Shown here: positions 9,090 through 19,229 of the stretch, piece after piece
Position numbering within the stretch: the first letter of the stretch is position 1
Layout of the letters: each line of letters opens with the position of its first letter
Origin: Thermoplasmatota archaeon
Lineage (GTDB): Archaea; Thermoplasmatota; Thermoplasmata; UBA10834
NCBI GenBank assembly: GCA_963818745.1
Contig: CAWFTI010000003.1
Coordinates: 77,212 to 141,211 of the forward strand
Direction of reading: 5' to 3'
DNA length: 64,000 nt
Position numbers and translations under genes: made by a program
Notes under the pieces: model-generated
Told to the model about the DNA's origin: nothing
Seen by the model: the letters and a program-made list of their open reading frames with translations, nothing else
Database searches by the model: none

Positions 9090-9662
9090 TCACAACGTGA
9101 AGTTCCTGTAGTCGTCCGCGATCTTGCGGTCCTCTGACCTGTCGCACTTCTCACAGTACAGGCCCCTGCCCTTCTTCTCAAGGGGCGACCTGCACCTGCC
9201 GCACAGGGCGCGCACAACGCCGAAATGCGGGCCTGCGGTCGAGAGCTGCACGGACGGCTCCGCCTGGATGACCGTCGCCCTGATAAGGTCTCCCGGCCTC
9301 ATGAGGTCCCCTGCGTCCTCGACATACGAGCTCGCGATCTTGGAGACATGCACGGAGGCCAGGGTCTCGCTCGACACGGACCTCTTGTTGCCCTCCTGGG
9401 CGACGACCTGGCATATGGCCATCGCGGGTTTCGCGTCGGTGACCTCCGCAAGGACGACATCCCCCTCGCTCAGCACGACCGGCGGGTTGTCGAATATCAC
9501 CTTGGCAGTCTTCTCCTTCGGGTCCAGGTCCAGCTCTCCGACGGCGCTGGCGAATATCTTGCCGTCCGCCTCGTACGTGCCCTCTCCCGACATGTACTCC
9601 TCCGCGATCGCGACCTCGTCCCCTGGGAGCACCTTCTTTCCGGTTTTTGCCAATGAAATCAC
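9090..9662 (-). CDS. csl4: Exosome complex RNA-binding protein Csl4
   Basis: N-terminal domain plus an S1-like core plus the C-terminal zinc ribbon CGRCRSPLEKKGRGLYCEKC. Confidence 0.85.
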   Translation of the reverse strand: MISLAKTGKKVLPGDEVAIAEEYMSGEGTYEADGKIFASAVGELDLDPKEKTAKVIFDNPPVVLSEGDVVLAEVTDAKPAMAICQVVAQEGNKRSVSSETLASVHVSKIASSYVEDAGDLMRPGDLIRATVIQAEPSVQLSTAGPHFGVVRALCGRCRSPLEKKGRGLYCEKCDRSEDRKIADDYRNFTL

Positions 9663-10259
9663 CTATCTCTCGAACTTGAACAGAATGACCAAGACCGTCT
9701 CGCTGGGCTTTCTGTGGAATTCGAACGCATATGGTATCTCGAATTTATACCTTTTGACTGGCCTGCACCGGCCTCCGAGGGCCTGGACCATCGACGAAAC
9801 GAAGTCCTGGGTGCCGTCCAGATGGAGGGAGTATGTGGCCGGGGCGAGTTCCAGGGCCTTCTTGATGAACGCCCGGTCGGCGTGCCTCGTCTGGGCCCCG
9901 AAAGGTGGGTTCTGGATGACGGTGTCGAACGTGCCTGTCGCAGATGCGACATCCCCTTCGACGAACTCGACATCGACCCTCGCCGCAGCCGCGTTCTCCT
10001 TCGCGACAGCCACCGCGCCGGGGTCGACCTCCACCCCCACTGACCTGCGGGCCCCCAGCAGCTTCGCGCCTATGCAGAACACCCCGTTCCCGGAGCCGAG
10101 GTCGACGACATCCCTGCCTTCGATGTCCCCTGCGCCGAACGCCTCCCAAAGCATGTCCGCCGCGATGTCCGCAGGCGTGGGGTACTGCTCGAGCCTAGGG
10201 TCGCGGTCCGTCAGCGGTCCCAGTCTCTGGAGGGCGATCTCGAGCTGGTTCTTCTTCAT
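9663..10259 (-). CDS. Class I SAM-dependent methyltransferase (COG2263 / METTL5-like putative RNA methylase)
   Basis: VVDLGSGNGVF SAM motif and the QNPPFG catalytic motif. It is adjacent to csl4, as in archaeal exosome-neighbourhood operons. Confidence 0.8.
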   Translation of the reverse strand: MKKNQLEIALQRLGPLTDRDPRLEQYPTPADIAADMLWEAFGAGDIEGRDVVDLGSGNGVFCIGAKLLGARRSVGVEVDPGAVAVAKENAAAARVDVEFVEGDVASATGTFDTVIQNPPFGAQTRHADRAFIKKALELAPATYSLHLDGTQDFVSSMVQALGGRCRPVKRYKFEIPYAFEFHRKPSETVLVILFKFER

Positions 10260-10298
10260 GCAGATTCCAACAGGTATCGTCGCAGGTGATTGATATGC

Positions 10299-11120
10299 TC
10301 ACTGGGCGTCGTCTATCATCTTCCACCGGCGGAGCTTGTTGACCTCGGACACGTCCCTTCCGTGGAAGTCCCGCTCGACATCCGACATGTACTCGATGGC
10401 CATCAGGAGCGCCTCCTTCACGGGCCTCTGGATGTTCACATTCGCCTTGGCGAACTCGCGCTCGACGATCTCCATCGCCCTCGCGGTGTCCCCGTACTGC
10501 TCGCAGAAGTCGCTGACGATCTCGTCCACCGCCTGTGCCAGGGAGCCGCTCTCTCCGACCATGTTCTGCTTCTTCTCGGCGTACTCCCCGGAGAACATCA
10601 TCTCGCCTATCTTCCGGAAGACATCCTCGACGTTCCTGCCCGTCTTCGCGCTGCAGAATATGACGGGCATCTTCAGCCTCGCGCCCAGTGCCTTCAGGGC
10701 CTCTCCCCCGGGCGAGCTCTCCTCCGCCACGTCGCTCTTGTTCCCGACAAAGACGATGGGGACCGGCCGCAGCAGCTTCCTCGTCTCGGGGAGCCAGAAC
10801 TCCTCCGCGGACTTGACCGTCTCCGGCCTGCTGAGGTCTGACACGATGACGGCCCCGTGGGAGCCGCTCATGCCCTGGGTCCTGATCTTCGAGTAGTCCT
10901 TCTGCCCCAGGATGTCCCACATCATGAGGGTCAGGAAGACCGTCTTCTCGGGGTACTTGAACTCGATGTCGTGCTTCGTGATCTTGCTCCCGATCGTCGC
11001 GATGTACTTGTCGTCGAAGACGTCGATGACGAACCTGCGAATGAGCGAGGTCTTGCCTACGCTCGAGTCTCCGACCAGGCCTATCTTCTTGATGTAGCGT
11101 TTGGATTGGATGATGCTCAT
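10299..11120 (-). CDS. Ras-superfamily (Rab/Roc-like) small GTPase with a C-terminal helical extension of about 110 aa
   Basis: G1 GDSSVGKTS, G3 WDILGQ, G4 GNKSD, G5 SAKTG. I prefer the ATG at 11120 (MSIIQSKRYIKKIGLVGD) over 11159. Confidence 0.8.
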   Translation of the reverse strand: MSIIQSKRYIKKIGLVGDSSVGKTSLIRRFVIDVFDDKYIATIGSKITKHDIEFKYPEKTVFLTLMMWDILGQKDYSKIRTQGMSGSHGAVIVSDLSRPETVKSAEEFWLPETRKLLRPVPIVFVGNKSDVAEESSPGGEALKALGARLKMPVIFCSAKTGRNVEDVFRKIGEMMFSGEYAEKKQNMVGESGSLAQAVDEIVSDFCEQYGDTARAMEIVEREFAKANVNIQRPVKEALLMAIEYMSDVERDFHGRDVSEVNKLRRWKMIDDAQ

Positions 11121-11428
11121 ACGATCACCGATGCCATCAGGTGCGATGACCAAGTACAATGGGTGGGGTGGGCGCGCGCGACCTGGATGATGTCATGCGC
11201 ACGATTGTACATAATGGCTCTGTTGCGAGGAGGCTGCGGCGTGAAGGGCCGCTGCCTGGTTTCGCAACAGGACCATAATGATTCCGAAAAGCACACTGAC
11301 TCCGGCAACGGTGATGTCCCCTTTCGCATACTGACTCGTTTTCCGAGCTGATTTCCAGCCGAGCCAATCATTCCCGGGGATATGGTAAAGCTCAATAGTG
11401 CATACCTGCAATACCCAGCTGAAACCTG

Positions 11429-12481
11429 ATGGACGAAGCAGTTGCCAGGGCACGCCTTCCCTCAAAGAAGGCACTCGAGAACTACGCCAGTGCCTATGCC
11501 GGCGCGTACATGAACGCTGTCGAGAAGGAGAAGCCAGAGCACATGCCCCTCCTCGCCAGGAACGCGCCTTACGAGATCGAAGTATGCCTCATGCCGAACC
11601 ATTCCTTCGCAATGCTCTTCGAGCGTGCGGACAGGCAGAACATAACCGTCCAGGAGAAGGACTGGAACTACATCGAGAGCAAGGTCATGTCCGGCGTGGC
11701 TCACCTGGTCACCGTCTACGCGCACGAAGGTCCTACGGTCGCGGATGCGATCTCGAAGGGCAAGAAGGACGCAGTCAGGGACATCCGGACGCTCGAGGAC
11801 TCCAACCTCGCGAAGGCGGTCAACCAGCTCGAGAAGCTACTCGGGGACCTGACCGGGGTGGAGAAGGGCAACAAGGGCCTTCTGAAGCTTGCAGAGATCG
11901 AGATGTCCAAGCTCCAGCCGATCAAGGATGCAATCAGGGCCGCAGGACCTGAGATAGACATGCTGGCGATGGTGGACGCCCTCAGGAACTACCCGACCGC
12001 ACCGGTGGAGGTCAACATCGACATCAAGGAGAAGCAGCTCCTGGAGAACATATCCAAGGACCTGGGGGACCTGTCGGATGTGATCAGGCGGGTGGAGGCC
12101 CAGGATCAGAAGCTGGAGCAGATAGAGCAGGCGATGTCGAAATCGCTTTCCGAGTTCAGCAGGACGGTCGACGAGAAGGTCGGCAAAGGACTCGCGGTCG
12201 TGCTCTCATCCTCTGACAGGAAGATCGACAAGGGCCTGGCGGAGATACAAGGTGCCGTACAGAAGGCCCAGCAGCCGAAGATGTCTGTGGACCTCGAGAA
12301 GAAGCTCTTGGCGATAGAGCAGGCCGTGCATATCCTGGGCGACAGACCCGATGTCTCGTCCGAGGTCCTGCTGGCGGTGGCGGACATGCGCGAGAACATC
12401 GCGAAGGTCAACTCGAGGGTCACGAAGATAGAGCAGTTCCTGGTCCATCTGACCAACCGTGCGAAGCCACCGTCACACTGA
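11429..12481 (+). CDS. Hypothetical protein: N-terminal globular region plus a long coiled-coil
   Basis: 350-aa ORF with genome-like codon bias and heptad-like Leu/Glu/Lys-rich sequence. No family recognised. Confidence 0.6.
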   Translation: MDEAVARARLPSKKALENYASAYAGAYMNAVEKEKPEHMPLLARNAPYEIEVCLMPNHSFAMLFERADRQNITVQEKDWNYIESKVMSGVAHLVTVYAHEGPTVADAISKGKKDAVRDIRTLEDSNLAKAVNQLEKLLGDLTGVEKGNKGLLKLAEIEMSKLQPIKDAIRAAGPEIDMLAMVDALRNYPTAPVEVNIDIKEKQLLENISKDLGDLSDVIRRVEAQDQKLEQIEQAMSKSLSEFSRTVDEKVGKGLAVVLSSSDRKIDKGLAEIQGAVQKAQQPKMSVDLEKKLLAIEQAVHILGDRPDVSSEVLLAVADMRENIAKVNSRVTKIEQFLVHLTNRAKPPSH

Positions 12482-13122
12482 CCGCTTCTTCTGCCAGACG
12501 CCCTTGAGCCCGAAGCACACGGCGGCGTGTCCGAATGTCAGGAGCGGGTTCGTCGGGATTCTCGTCGTCACTTTCGGCTCCCTCAGGACATGTTGTCTGA
12601 GGTCGTCGAGGGACTCGCAGTCCCTTACGGTGGTCCTGCCGTTGCCTATCGACATGACCATGTGAGCATCGGACGACCCGAAGCCTGGCTTTTTAAGCTC
12701 ATCTGCCAGCAATGCTGCTCGTTCGTTGCTGAACCTGCTGCACTTCGCGTTGTAGATTTCCAGCGCATCCGCCATCCTGAGGTCATCCGCGGTCAGACGC
12801 TTTGATTCCGCTGGGTGCGGGACTATGCTCACCCCGCCCTTCGCTCTGATCTCATCGACTGCAAGGGCCCACTCTCTGGCTTCCACACCGTCGACGAACA
12901 ACGCGAGCAGGTCCCCCTTGTCCGTCTTCAGCTCAGCGCCGGGCACCACGATGAGGGAACTGCCAGCGGCCTCCGCCAGCAGCCCTTGAGCCACCCCACG
13001 AATCGTGATCGGTGACCGCGATGGCGCCGAGGCCGAGATGCTTGGCGCGCCTCGCTATGTCCTCGGGTTTCGAGAAGGAATCCGGTGAATGATCGGGAGT
13101 GTATGTGAAGGTCGATTTCCAT
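12473..13122 (-). CDS. PHP-domain metal-dependent phosphoesterase, frame interrupted twice
   Basis: MEIDLHIHS is followed in the +1 frame by DHSPDSFSKPEDIARRAKHLGLGAIAVTDHDSWGG, then in the next +1 frame by AQGLLAEAAGSSLIVVPGAELKT... (ORF 12473..12994). The breaks lie near 13095-13097 (GGG run) and 12991-12998 (CCCC run). Confidence 0.75.
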
Positions 13123-13466
13123 GTCAGCCCTCAATGGCACATGCGCGCACGGCGTCGCTGGTGTAACCTCCATGCCGTGCAAGTAGTTTTCGCAACGGTC
13201 GATCAGTCTCGTGACGCGGATAGTGCGGAGCGCGCCCTCCCCCATTGCAGTGCATGAAGAAAGTGCCAACCCGGCTTTGTCGGATCACAGTGTGGCGGAG
13301 AACACTTTTTCTGGAGGAGCGTCATCACCGCTGCAAGACACTTCCGCTCAGGACAGGCCGACTCTGGGAACAGGTGAAGGTGCGTGGCATCACAGAGAAG
13401 TCAGTCGTGGGCTTCGTCGCTTCGGACGGCGTTTCCCTCAGTCGCAGGGGAATCGAGGAACAAGAG

Positions 13467-13539
13467 TGGGCCCAGCCGGATTTGAACCGGCGATCTGCGC
13501 TGTGTGAGAGCGCCGTCATAACCGCTAGACCATGGGCCC
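13467..13539 (-). tRNA. tRNA-Val (anticodon CAC), 73 nt, no intron, CCA not encoded
   Basis: Manual fold of GGGCCCAUGGUCUAGCGGUUAUGACGGCGCUCUCACACAGCGCAGAUCGCCGGUUCAAAUCCGGCUGGGCCCA: 7-bp acceptor stem, 5-bp anticodon stem with loop CUCACAC, and T arm GCCGG/UUCAAAU/CCGGC. Confidence 0.9.
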
Positions 13540-13568
13540 ATTGGTCAGGCCGATGAATACCCCCTTGG

Positions 13569-13575
13569 TTTATAT
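13569..13575 (-). promoter_or_regulatory. TATA-like element upstream of tRNA-Val (may also serve the divergent mtnA-like gene)
   Basis: tttatat / atataaa lies about 30 nt upstream of the tRNA 5' end in a divergent intergenic region. Confidence 0.35.
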
Positions 13576-13641
13576 CTTTTTGGAGCGTGCTCCCTCACCT
13601 CACCCTTTTATCCAGGCATACTCATTCTGTCGCCGACTGGA

Positions 13642-14644
13642 ATGATAGTTCGAACGCCACACGGCACCAAGGACCTGAGAGCGCTCTGGATGGAGAAGAA
13701 GACCGTCAAGATGATTGACCAGCGGCTTCTGCCGGGCAGGTTCAAGATCGTCACGATACGCACATATCAGGAGATGGCCGAGGCAATCTCTGACATGACC
13801 GTGCGAGGGGCCCCCGCTATAGGCGCCGCGGCCGCGTACGGGATGGCCTTGGCCTGGCTCGAGGGAGCGGACCTCGGGAAGGCAGCGAAGACCATCAAGG
13901 CGACCCGCCCGACCGCGCACGACCTGTTCTATGCCGTCGACTTGATGCTGGCAGAGAAGGGCGGTGACCTGGCCGAAGCCGCGGACGCGTACGCCGACGG
14001 CATCGTCTCGATGTGCGAGACAATCGGGAAGCACGGTTCGAAGCTCCTCAAGGACGGGAGCAGGGTGCTCACCCACTGCAACGCTGGTGCTCTCGCCACG
14101 GTCGATTTCGGGACCGCGCTCGCCCCGATGAGGGTCGCGCACAGGGAGGGCAAGAGGCTCTTCGTGTACGTGGACGAGACGAGGCCCCGGCTTCAGGGAG
14201 CCAAGCTGACCTCATGGGAGCTGCTCAACGAAGGGATAGACCACAGGATCATCCCGGATAACGCTGCGGGCCACTATCTTAAGAGCGACGTGGACGTCGT
14301 CATCGTCGGCGCCGACAGGATCGCCCGCAACGGCGATTTCGCGAACAAGATAGGCACATACGAGAAGGCCGTGCTCGCGAAGGAGAACGGGGTGCCGTTC
14401 TATGTCGCCGCGCCCGTGAGCACGTTCGACCCGTCGACCAAGAACGGGGACGACATAGTGATCGAGGAGCGTTCCGAGGACGAGGTGCTGCTCGTGGACG
14501 GCGTGAGGATCGCCCCGAAGGGAAGCCACGCCCTGAACCCCGCCTTCGACGTCACGCCCGCGAAGTTACGTGAAGGGGTTCATCACGGAGAAGGGGATTC
14601 TCAAGCCAGGGAGCTTCTCTGCCTTCAGAGACCGCCGACCTTGA
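13642..14644 (+). CDS. mtnA: Methylthioribose-1-phosphate isomerase / aIF-2B-I family protein, frame interrupted once near the 3' end
   Basis: LLPGRFKIVTI...MTVRGAPAIGAAAAYG and NPAFDVTPAK. Removing one T at 14566-14567 gives TPAKYVKGFITEKGILKPGSFSAFRDRRP, with a stop at 14642-14644. The as-called ORF runs on to 15039 in an Arg/Gly-rich wrong frame. Confidence 0.8.
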
Positions 14645-14686
14645 TCCCCAACAGCCTTTTTAGCCCTGGTCAGGATATGGGCTCCG

Positions 14687-15734
14687 ATGATCCTAGTCAC
14701 CAAATGGTTCGGCAGCTTCCTGTGCGAAGAGGGCAAGGTCAGGAAGGCCGCGCTGTTCCCGAAGGACCCAGAGCAGATAGCCCAGAGGCTCGGGATGATG
14801 CGGGACAAGCAGGTGCTCGAGGAGGAGGCCAGCCTAGCGTCTTCTGCCAGGCAGGTCGTCGACCGCCGGCTCAAGGAGTTCGGCAAGGTGGTCAGGTTCG
14901 ATTCATCGTTCATCAAGCCCGAGAGCTACGGGTTCACGCTCGACATGTACCGCGAGGCGACCATCGCCCTCGCGAAGGTCGCGGTCAAGAGCAGCGTCAG
15001 CCCGGACATGCACCTCGGCCAGGCGGTGAGGGCATATGACGACCTCGTGGACACGATAAACACGATATCCCTGAGGCTCCACGAATGGTATGGTCTCCAC
15101 TTCCCCGAGCTGGAGAACGTGACCTCCATGGAATCGTTCGCGAAGGCCATATCTGACCACGGCTCCAGGCAGGAGGTCCTCGTCGCGCTGGACCTCCGCA
15201 TGGACTCGATAGGATTCGGAGATAGCGCCCGAGGACCTGGCATCGATCAGGACACTCGCGGCCTCCCTCGTGAAGCTCATGGATGTCCGGGCTGCGACCG
15301 AGAAGTACATCGAGCTGCGGATGCAGGATGTCGCCCCCAACATCACGGCGTTGGTCGGGCCGGTCATAGGCGCGAGGCTCATCATGCAGGCGGGGGGTCT
15401 CAAGAGGCTCGCCACCCTTCCCGCGAGCACGGTCCAGCTCCTCGGGGCCGAGAAGGCCATGTTCAGGCATCTGAAGAAGGGCGCGAAGCCCCCGAAGCAC
15501 GGCATATTGTTCCAGCACTCCTGGGTCCACAGCGCCCCCATGTGGCAGAGGGGACCCATCGCGAGGGCCCTGGCGACCAAGCTCTGCATGGCAGCCCGGG
15601 CGGATGCGTACACCCGGAGCGACCTCAAGGCCCTCCTGACCAAGCAGCTGGACAAGAGGCTGGCGGAGATACGGAAGGTCCACGCGAACCCGCCCAAGAA
15701 GCGGCCTGGCGGGCAGGACAGGCACAGGCGCTGA
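14687..15734 (+). CDS. nop5: Nop5 (Nop56/58) box C/D RNP core protein, frame interrupted once
   Basis: The N-terminal frame (14687...) ends at ...LDLRMDSIG. The +1 frame (includes ORF 15270..15734) reads SEIAPEDLASIRTLAASLVKLMDVRAATEKYIE...GAEKAMFRHLKKGAKPPKHGILFQH. The break is at the TT at 15215-15216. Confidence 0.85.
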
Positions 15735-15743
15735 GAGGATAAG

Positions 15744-15753
15744 TATTTAAATA
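15744..15753 (+). promoter_or_regulatory. TATA box candidate for the aIF5A-agmatinase unit
   Basis: tatttaaata lies about 25-35 nt upstream of the GTG at 15777 and ATG at 15786, consistent with a leaderless or short-leader mRNA. Confidence 0.4.
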
Positions 15754-15776
15754 CCCACAATTTACGGTCACGGGAA

Positions 15777-16172
15777 GTGGTACCCATGCCGACGGAGCAG
15801 GCGGAAGTCAGAACCTTGAAAGAAGGACGCTACATGAACATAGAGGACGAGCCGTGCAAGATTCTGAGCATTTCGACCTCCAAGCCTGGGAAGCATGGAG
15901 AAGCCAAGGCGAGGATCGAGGCACTCGGGATGTTCGACGGGAACAAGCGCTCGGTCGTGTACCCCGTGAAGCACAAGGTCCAGGTGCCGCTCATCGACAA
16001 GAGGAACGCGCAGATCGTGTCGATCATGGGCGCCGAGGTCCAGCTGATGGACCTGGAGACCTACGAGATGTTCACGCTGCCGATCCCTGACGACCTCAAG
16101 GACTCCCTCAAGCCGGGAGAGGAGATCCAGTACATGGTCGCCATGGATAGGAAGAAGATCACCCGGGTGTGA
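15777..16172 (+). CDS. eif5a: Translation initiation factor 5A (aIF5A)
   Basis: Hypusination loop STSKPGKHGEAKARIE. The start is GTG 15777 or ATG 15786. Confidence 0.9.
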   Translation: MVPMPTEQAEVRTLKEGRYMNIEDEPCKILSISTSKPGKHGEAKARIEALGMFDGNKRSVVYPVKHKVQVPLIDKRNAQIVSIMGAEVQLMDLETYEMFTLPIPDDLKDSLKPGEEIQYMVAMDRKKITRV

Positions 16173-17035
16173 TCATGCCGAGCCGCGGGATGCTGAGGTT
16201 TCAGGACGCGGAAGAGGGTTTTGACGAGGCAGAGTTCGTTCTCCTGGGCGTGCCTTTCGACAGGACCACGACCTTCAGGAGCGGCGCGAGGTTCGCCCCC
16301 ACCACCATAAGGGAGGCGTCCTCCAACTTCGAGAAGGAGCTCTTCGAGCACGGGGTCACGTTCGACGACATCAAGCTCCACGACTCGGGCGACCTGTACG
16401 AGGAGGGCACCGTGGACGACATGGTCGTGGCGATCGAGGAGGAGGCCAGGAGGATAGTCTCCGCGGGCAAGTTCCCGATCATCATGGGCGGGGAGCACTC
16501 CATCACGCCCCCGGTCGTTCGAGCGTTCGAGAATGACATTTCCGTCATCACGATAGACGCCCACCTGGACTACAAGGACAAGTACCAGGGGCTCAAGAAC
16601 AGCCACGCGTGCGCGCACAAGCGCATAGAGGACGCCGTCGGAAGAGGGAATGTCTTCGCGTTCGGCGTGCGGTCGTTCTCCGCGGACGAGGACGCGAAGC
16701 ATGCCATGTTCGCGGACGCGTTCAGGATACACGAGCAGGGTTGCGTCAAGGTCTTCAGGGAGATGCTCGGGAAGCTCAAGCGGAAGCCGGTGTACCTGTC
16801 GCTCGACATCGACGGGATAGACCCGGCGTACGCCCCAGGGACCGGCACCCCGGAGCCGTTCGGACTCACCCCGCTGGATGTCAAGGCGGTCATCAACGAG
16901 ATCGGCGGGAGGCTCGTGGGGTTCGATGTGGTCGAGGTCTGCCCCCCGTACGACAACGGCAACACCTCGATCCTGGCCGCGAGGCTGATCAGGGAAGTCG
17001 TGGCCGTCAAGTGGAAGGCGACGCACAAGAAGTGA
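16169..17035 (+). CDS. speB: Agmatinase (arginase/ureohydrolase family)
   Basis: Mn-ligand motifs GGEHSIT, DAHLD and SLDIDGIDP. The start overlaps the aIF5A stop (GTGA); the ATG at 16175 is an alternative. Confidence 0.85.
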   Translation: MIMPSRGMLRFQDAEEGFDEAEFVLLGVPFDRTTTFRSGARFAPTTIREASSNFEKELFEHGVTFDDIKLHDSGDLYEEGTVDDMVVAIEEEARRIVSAGKFPIIMGGEHSITPPVVRAFENDISVITIDAHLDYKDKYQGLKNSHACAHKRIEDAVGRGNVFAFGVRSFSADEDAKHAMFADAFRIHEQGCVKVFREMLGKLKRKPVYLSLDIDGIDPAYAPGTGTPEPFGLTPLDVKAVINEIGGRLVGFDVVEVCPPYDNGNTSILAARLIREVVAVKWKATHKK

Positions 17036-17041
17036 AGACGA

Positions 17042-18415
17042 CTACCGCACGAGCTTCTTGACCTTCCCGATGTACTCTTCTGCCAGCGCCTGAGCCCTCT
17101 CCGGGGTCTTCGCCTCGGTGAAGACCCTGAATATCGGCTCCGTCCCTGACGGACGAACGAGCACCCAGCCGTCCTTGAGGAACAGCTTCACGCCGTCGGT
17201 GGTGTCCACCTTGGCGCCCTTCGCCTGCTTCGCGAGTTCGGCCATCACCGCTTCCTTCTGGTCGTCCGGGCATCTGGTCTTGGTCTTGTGCTGCGCGTAG
17301 GAGGGTATCTTGTCCAGGAGCCCCGAGAGCCTGCCGTTCTTCGCGACTATCTCGAGCACCTTCGCGACGGCCATCGCGCCGTCCCTGCAGTACTGGAACT
17401 CTGAGAATATCAGCCCGCCGTTCTCCTCCCCGCCGAAGATGCCACCCTTCTCCATCATGACCCTCGCCACGATCGGCGAGCCCACCATGGTGTAGATGAC
17501 GCTCCCTCCGGCCATCCTGACGGCGTCCTCGACGCACATGGACGAGCCCACGGATGTCACGACCAGCCCGCCCCTGTTCTCGAGGGTCTTGTAGTATGCG
17601 ACCAAAGCGAGGCTGCGGTCGCCGTACATGTACCTGCCCTTGTCGTCCACGAATATCGTCCTGTCGGCGTCCCCGTCGTGGATGACCCCGAAATCGAACC
17701 CTCCTGACTTCACGAGCTCGATGAGGTCCTTTGTGTTCTCCGGGACGGGCTCGCTGTTGTGGCCGGGGAACGCGCCGTTCGGATCCGCGTTCAGGGTGAC
17801 ATACTTCACCCCGAGCCTGTCCAGGAGCTTGGGGGTGACGAGCGCCCCGGCCCCGTTCCCGCAGTCCACGGCTATCCTCAGCTTCGCGGCCTTGATGGCG
17901 CCAGCATCGACCTTGGAGCATATCCCGGCGATGTAGTCATCGGCCGCGGTCGTATGCGCCCTGACCTTCCCGACCGAAGCCCAATCCGCCCTCCGGAACT
18001 GACCTTGGTGGAAGATCCTCTCGATGGCCTCCTCGTTCCTGCGGCTCATCTCGGTGCCGTCAGGGTCGATGCACTTGATGCCGTTGAACTCGGGCGGGTT
18101 GTGAGAGGCGGTGATCATGACCCCTCCTGACACCCCTTTGGTCTTGACCGCGTACTGTATCGTAGGCGTGGGGACCATGCCGAGGTCGAGGACATCGCAT
18201 CCGACCGCCATGAGCCCGGCGGAGCATGCGGACTTGAGCATCTCTTTCGATGTCCTCGCATCCGTCGCGATCATGACCGTGCCCTTCATGAAGGACCCGA
18301 TCGCCATGCCGAGCCTGAGGGCGAAATCGCAATCCATCTGAGGGGTGTTCACCACTCCTCTGACCCCGTTCGTGCCGAACAGGCGGGGTGCTCGCTCCGA
18401 CTCCTTCCGGGCCAT
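17042..18415 (-). CDS. glmM: Phosphoglucosamine mutase / phosphohexomutase
   Basis: Active-site TASHNPPEFNGIK and the Mg loop HDGDADR; 457 aa. Confidence 0.8.
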   Translation of the reverse strand: MARKESERAPRLFGTNGVRGVVNTPQMDCDFALRLGMAIGSFMKGTVMIATDARTSKEMLKSACSAGLMAVGCDVLDLGMVPTPTIQYAVKTKGVSGGVMITASHNPPEFNGIKCIDPDGTEMSRRNEEAIERIFHQGQFRRADWASVGKVRAHTTAADDYIAGICSKVDAGAIKAAKLRIAVDCGNGAGALVTPKLLDRLGVKYVTLNADPNGAFPGHNSEPVPENTKDLIELVKSGGFDFGVIHDGDADRTIFVDDKGRYMYGDRSLALVAYYKTLENRGGLVVTSVGSSMCVEDAVRMAGGSVIYTMVGSPIVARVMMEKGGIFGGEENGGLIFSEFQYCRDGAMAVAKVLEIVAKNGRLSGLLDKIPSYAQHKTKTRCPDDQKEAVMAELAKQAKGAKVDTTDGVKLFLKDGWVLVRPSGTEPIFRVFTEAKTPERAQALAEEYIGKVKKLVR

Positions 18416-18589
18416 CTACGGTACATGTTCGAATCCGCAATAAAAGCTTCCTTTCGTGGGACGAATTCCGGGACGGGGTTCCACCCATTCGAGGGTGTCC
18501 AGGCCGATCAGGTTTAGGTTCCATAGGAACTGCACCCACAAATGTTAATATGCCGCTCCCCGTTCGCCGTTTAAGGGGGCACTGACTGC

Positions 18590-19219
18590 ATGGGATTCAA
18601 GGAATGGATTATTCCGCAGGAGAAGCACTTCTTCGACCTCCTGGACCAACAGGCTGACATAGTCCTCGAAGGGGCAGAGGCCCTCCTGGACATGGCCAAG
18701 CACTTCGAGCACGTGTCCGAGAAGCGGGACAAGATAAAGGCGATAGAGAGCAAGGGAGACGATCTTGTCCACACGATCTCGGAGGAGCTGAACAAGACAT
18801 TCGTCACCCCGATAGACCACGACGACATCTCGAAGCTCACTTCACGCTTGGACGATATCCTCGACTACATCGAGGCCGCGTCGCACAGGATGTGGGCGTA
18901 CGAGATCAAGTCCGTGCCTCCGGACATGCTCAAGCTCGCCGAGGTCATCCTTGCAGCCTCTAAGGAGGTCAACCACGCGGTCAAGGACCTCAGGAACTTC
19001 AAGAAGAAGAACGAGATCGTCAAGCACTGCATCGAGATCAACAGGCTCGAGAACATCGGGGACGATGTCACCCACGTCGCCGTCGCAGCCCTTTTCAAGA
19101 CGAAGGATGTGCTCGAGATCGTCAAGCTGAAGGAGATATACGAGCACCTCGAGGAAGCCACGGACAAGTGCGAGGACGCTGCGGACGTCATCAAGGATGT
19201 GTTCATGAAGAACTCCTAG
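18590..19219 (+). CDS. DUF47 / PhoU-like protein (PiT accessory regulator family)
   Basis: Helical 209-aa protein starting MGFKEWIIPQEKHFFDLL, immediately upstream of a PiT transporter as in the conserved gene pair. Confidence 0.75.
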   Translation: MGFKEWIIPQEKHFFDLLDQQADIVLEGAEALLDMAKHFEHVSEKRDKIKAIESKGDDLVHTISEELNKTFVTPIDHDDISKLTSRLDDILDYIEAASHRMWAYEIKSVPPDMLKLAEVILAASKEVNHAVKDLRNFKKKNEIVKHCIEINRLENIGDDVTHVAVAALFKTKDVLEIVKLKEIYEHLEEATDKCEDAADVIKDVFMKNS

Positions 19220-19229
19220 GTGTTGCGAG

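Noticed and set aside
13211-13556. ORFs 13211..13507, 13245..13556 and 13325..13519 around the tRNA.
   Set aside because: They overlap the tRNA-Val gene and the PHP upstream region and have no motifs or coding-like composition. They are most likely spurious.
13300-13640. The tRNA-Val flank as an integration hotspot (genomic island, integrase or att repeat).
   Set aside because: No integrase, transposase or phage-like gene is adjacent, and I saw no direct repeat of the tRNA 3' end within the window.
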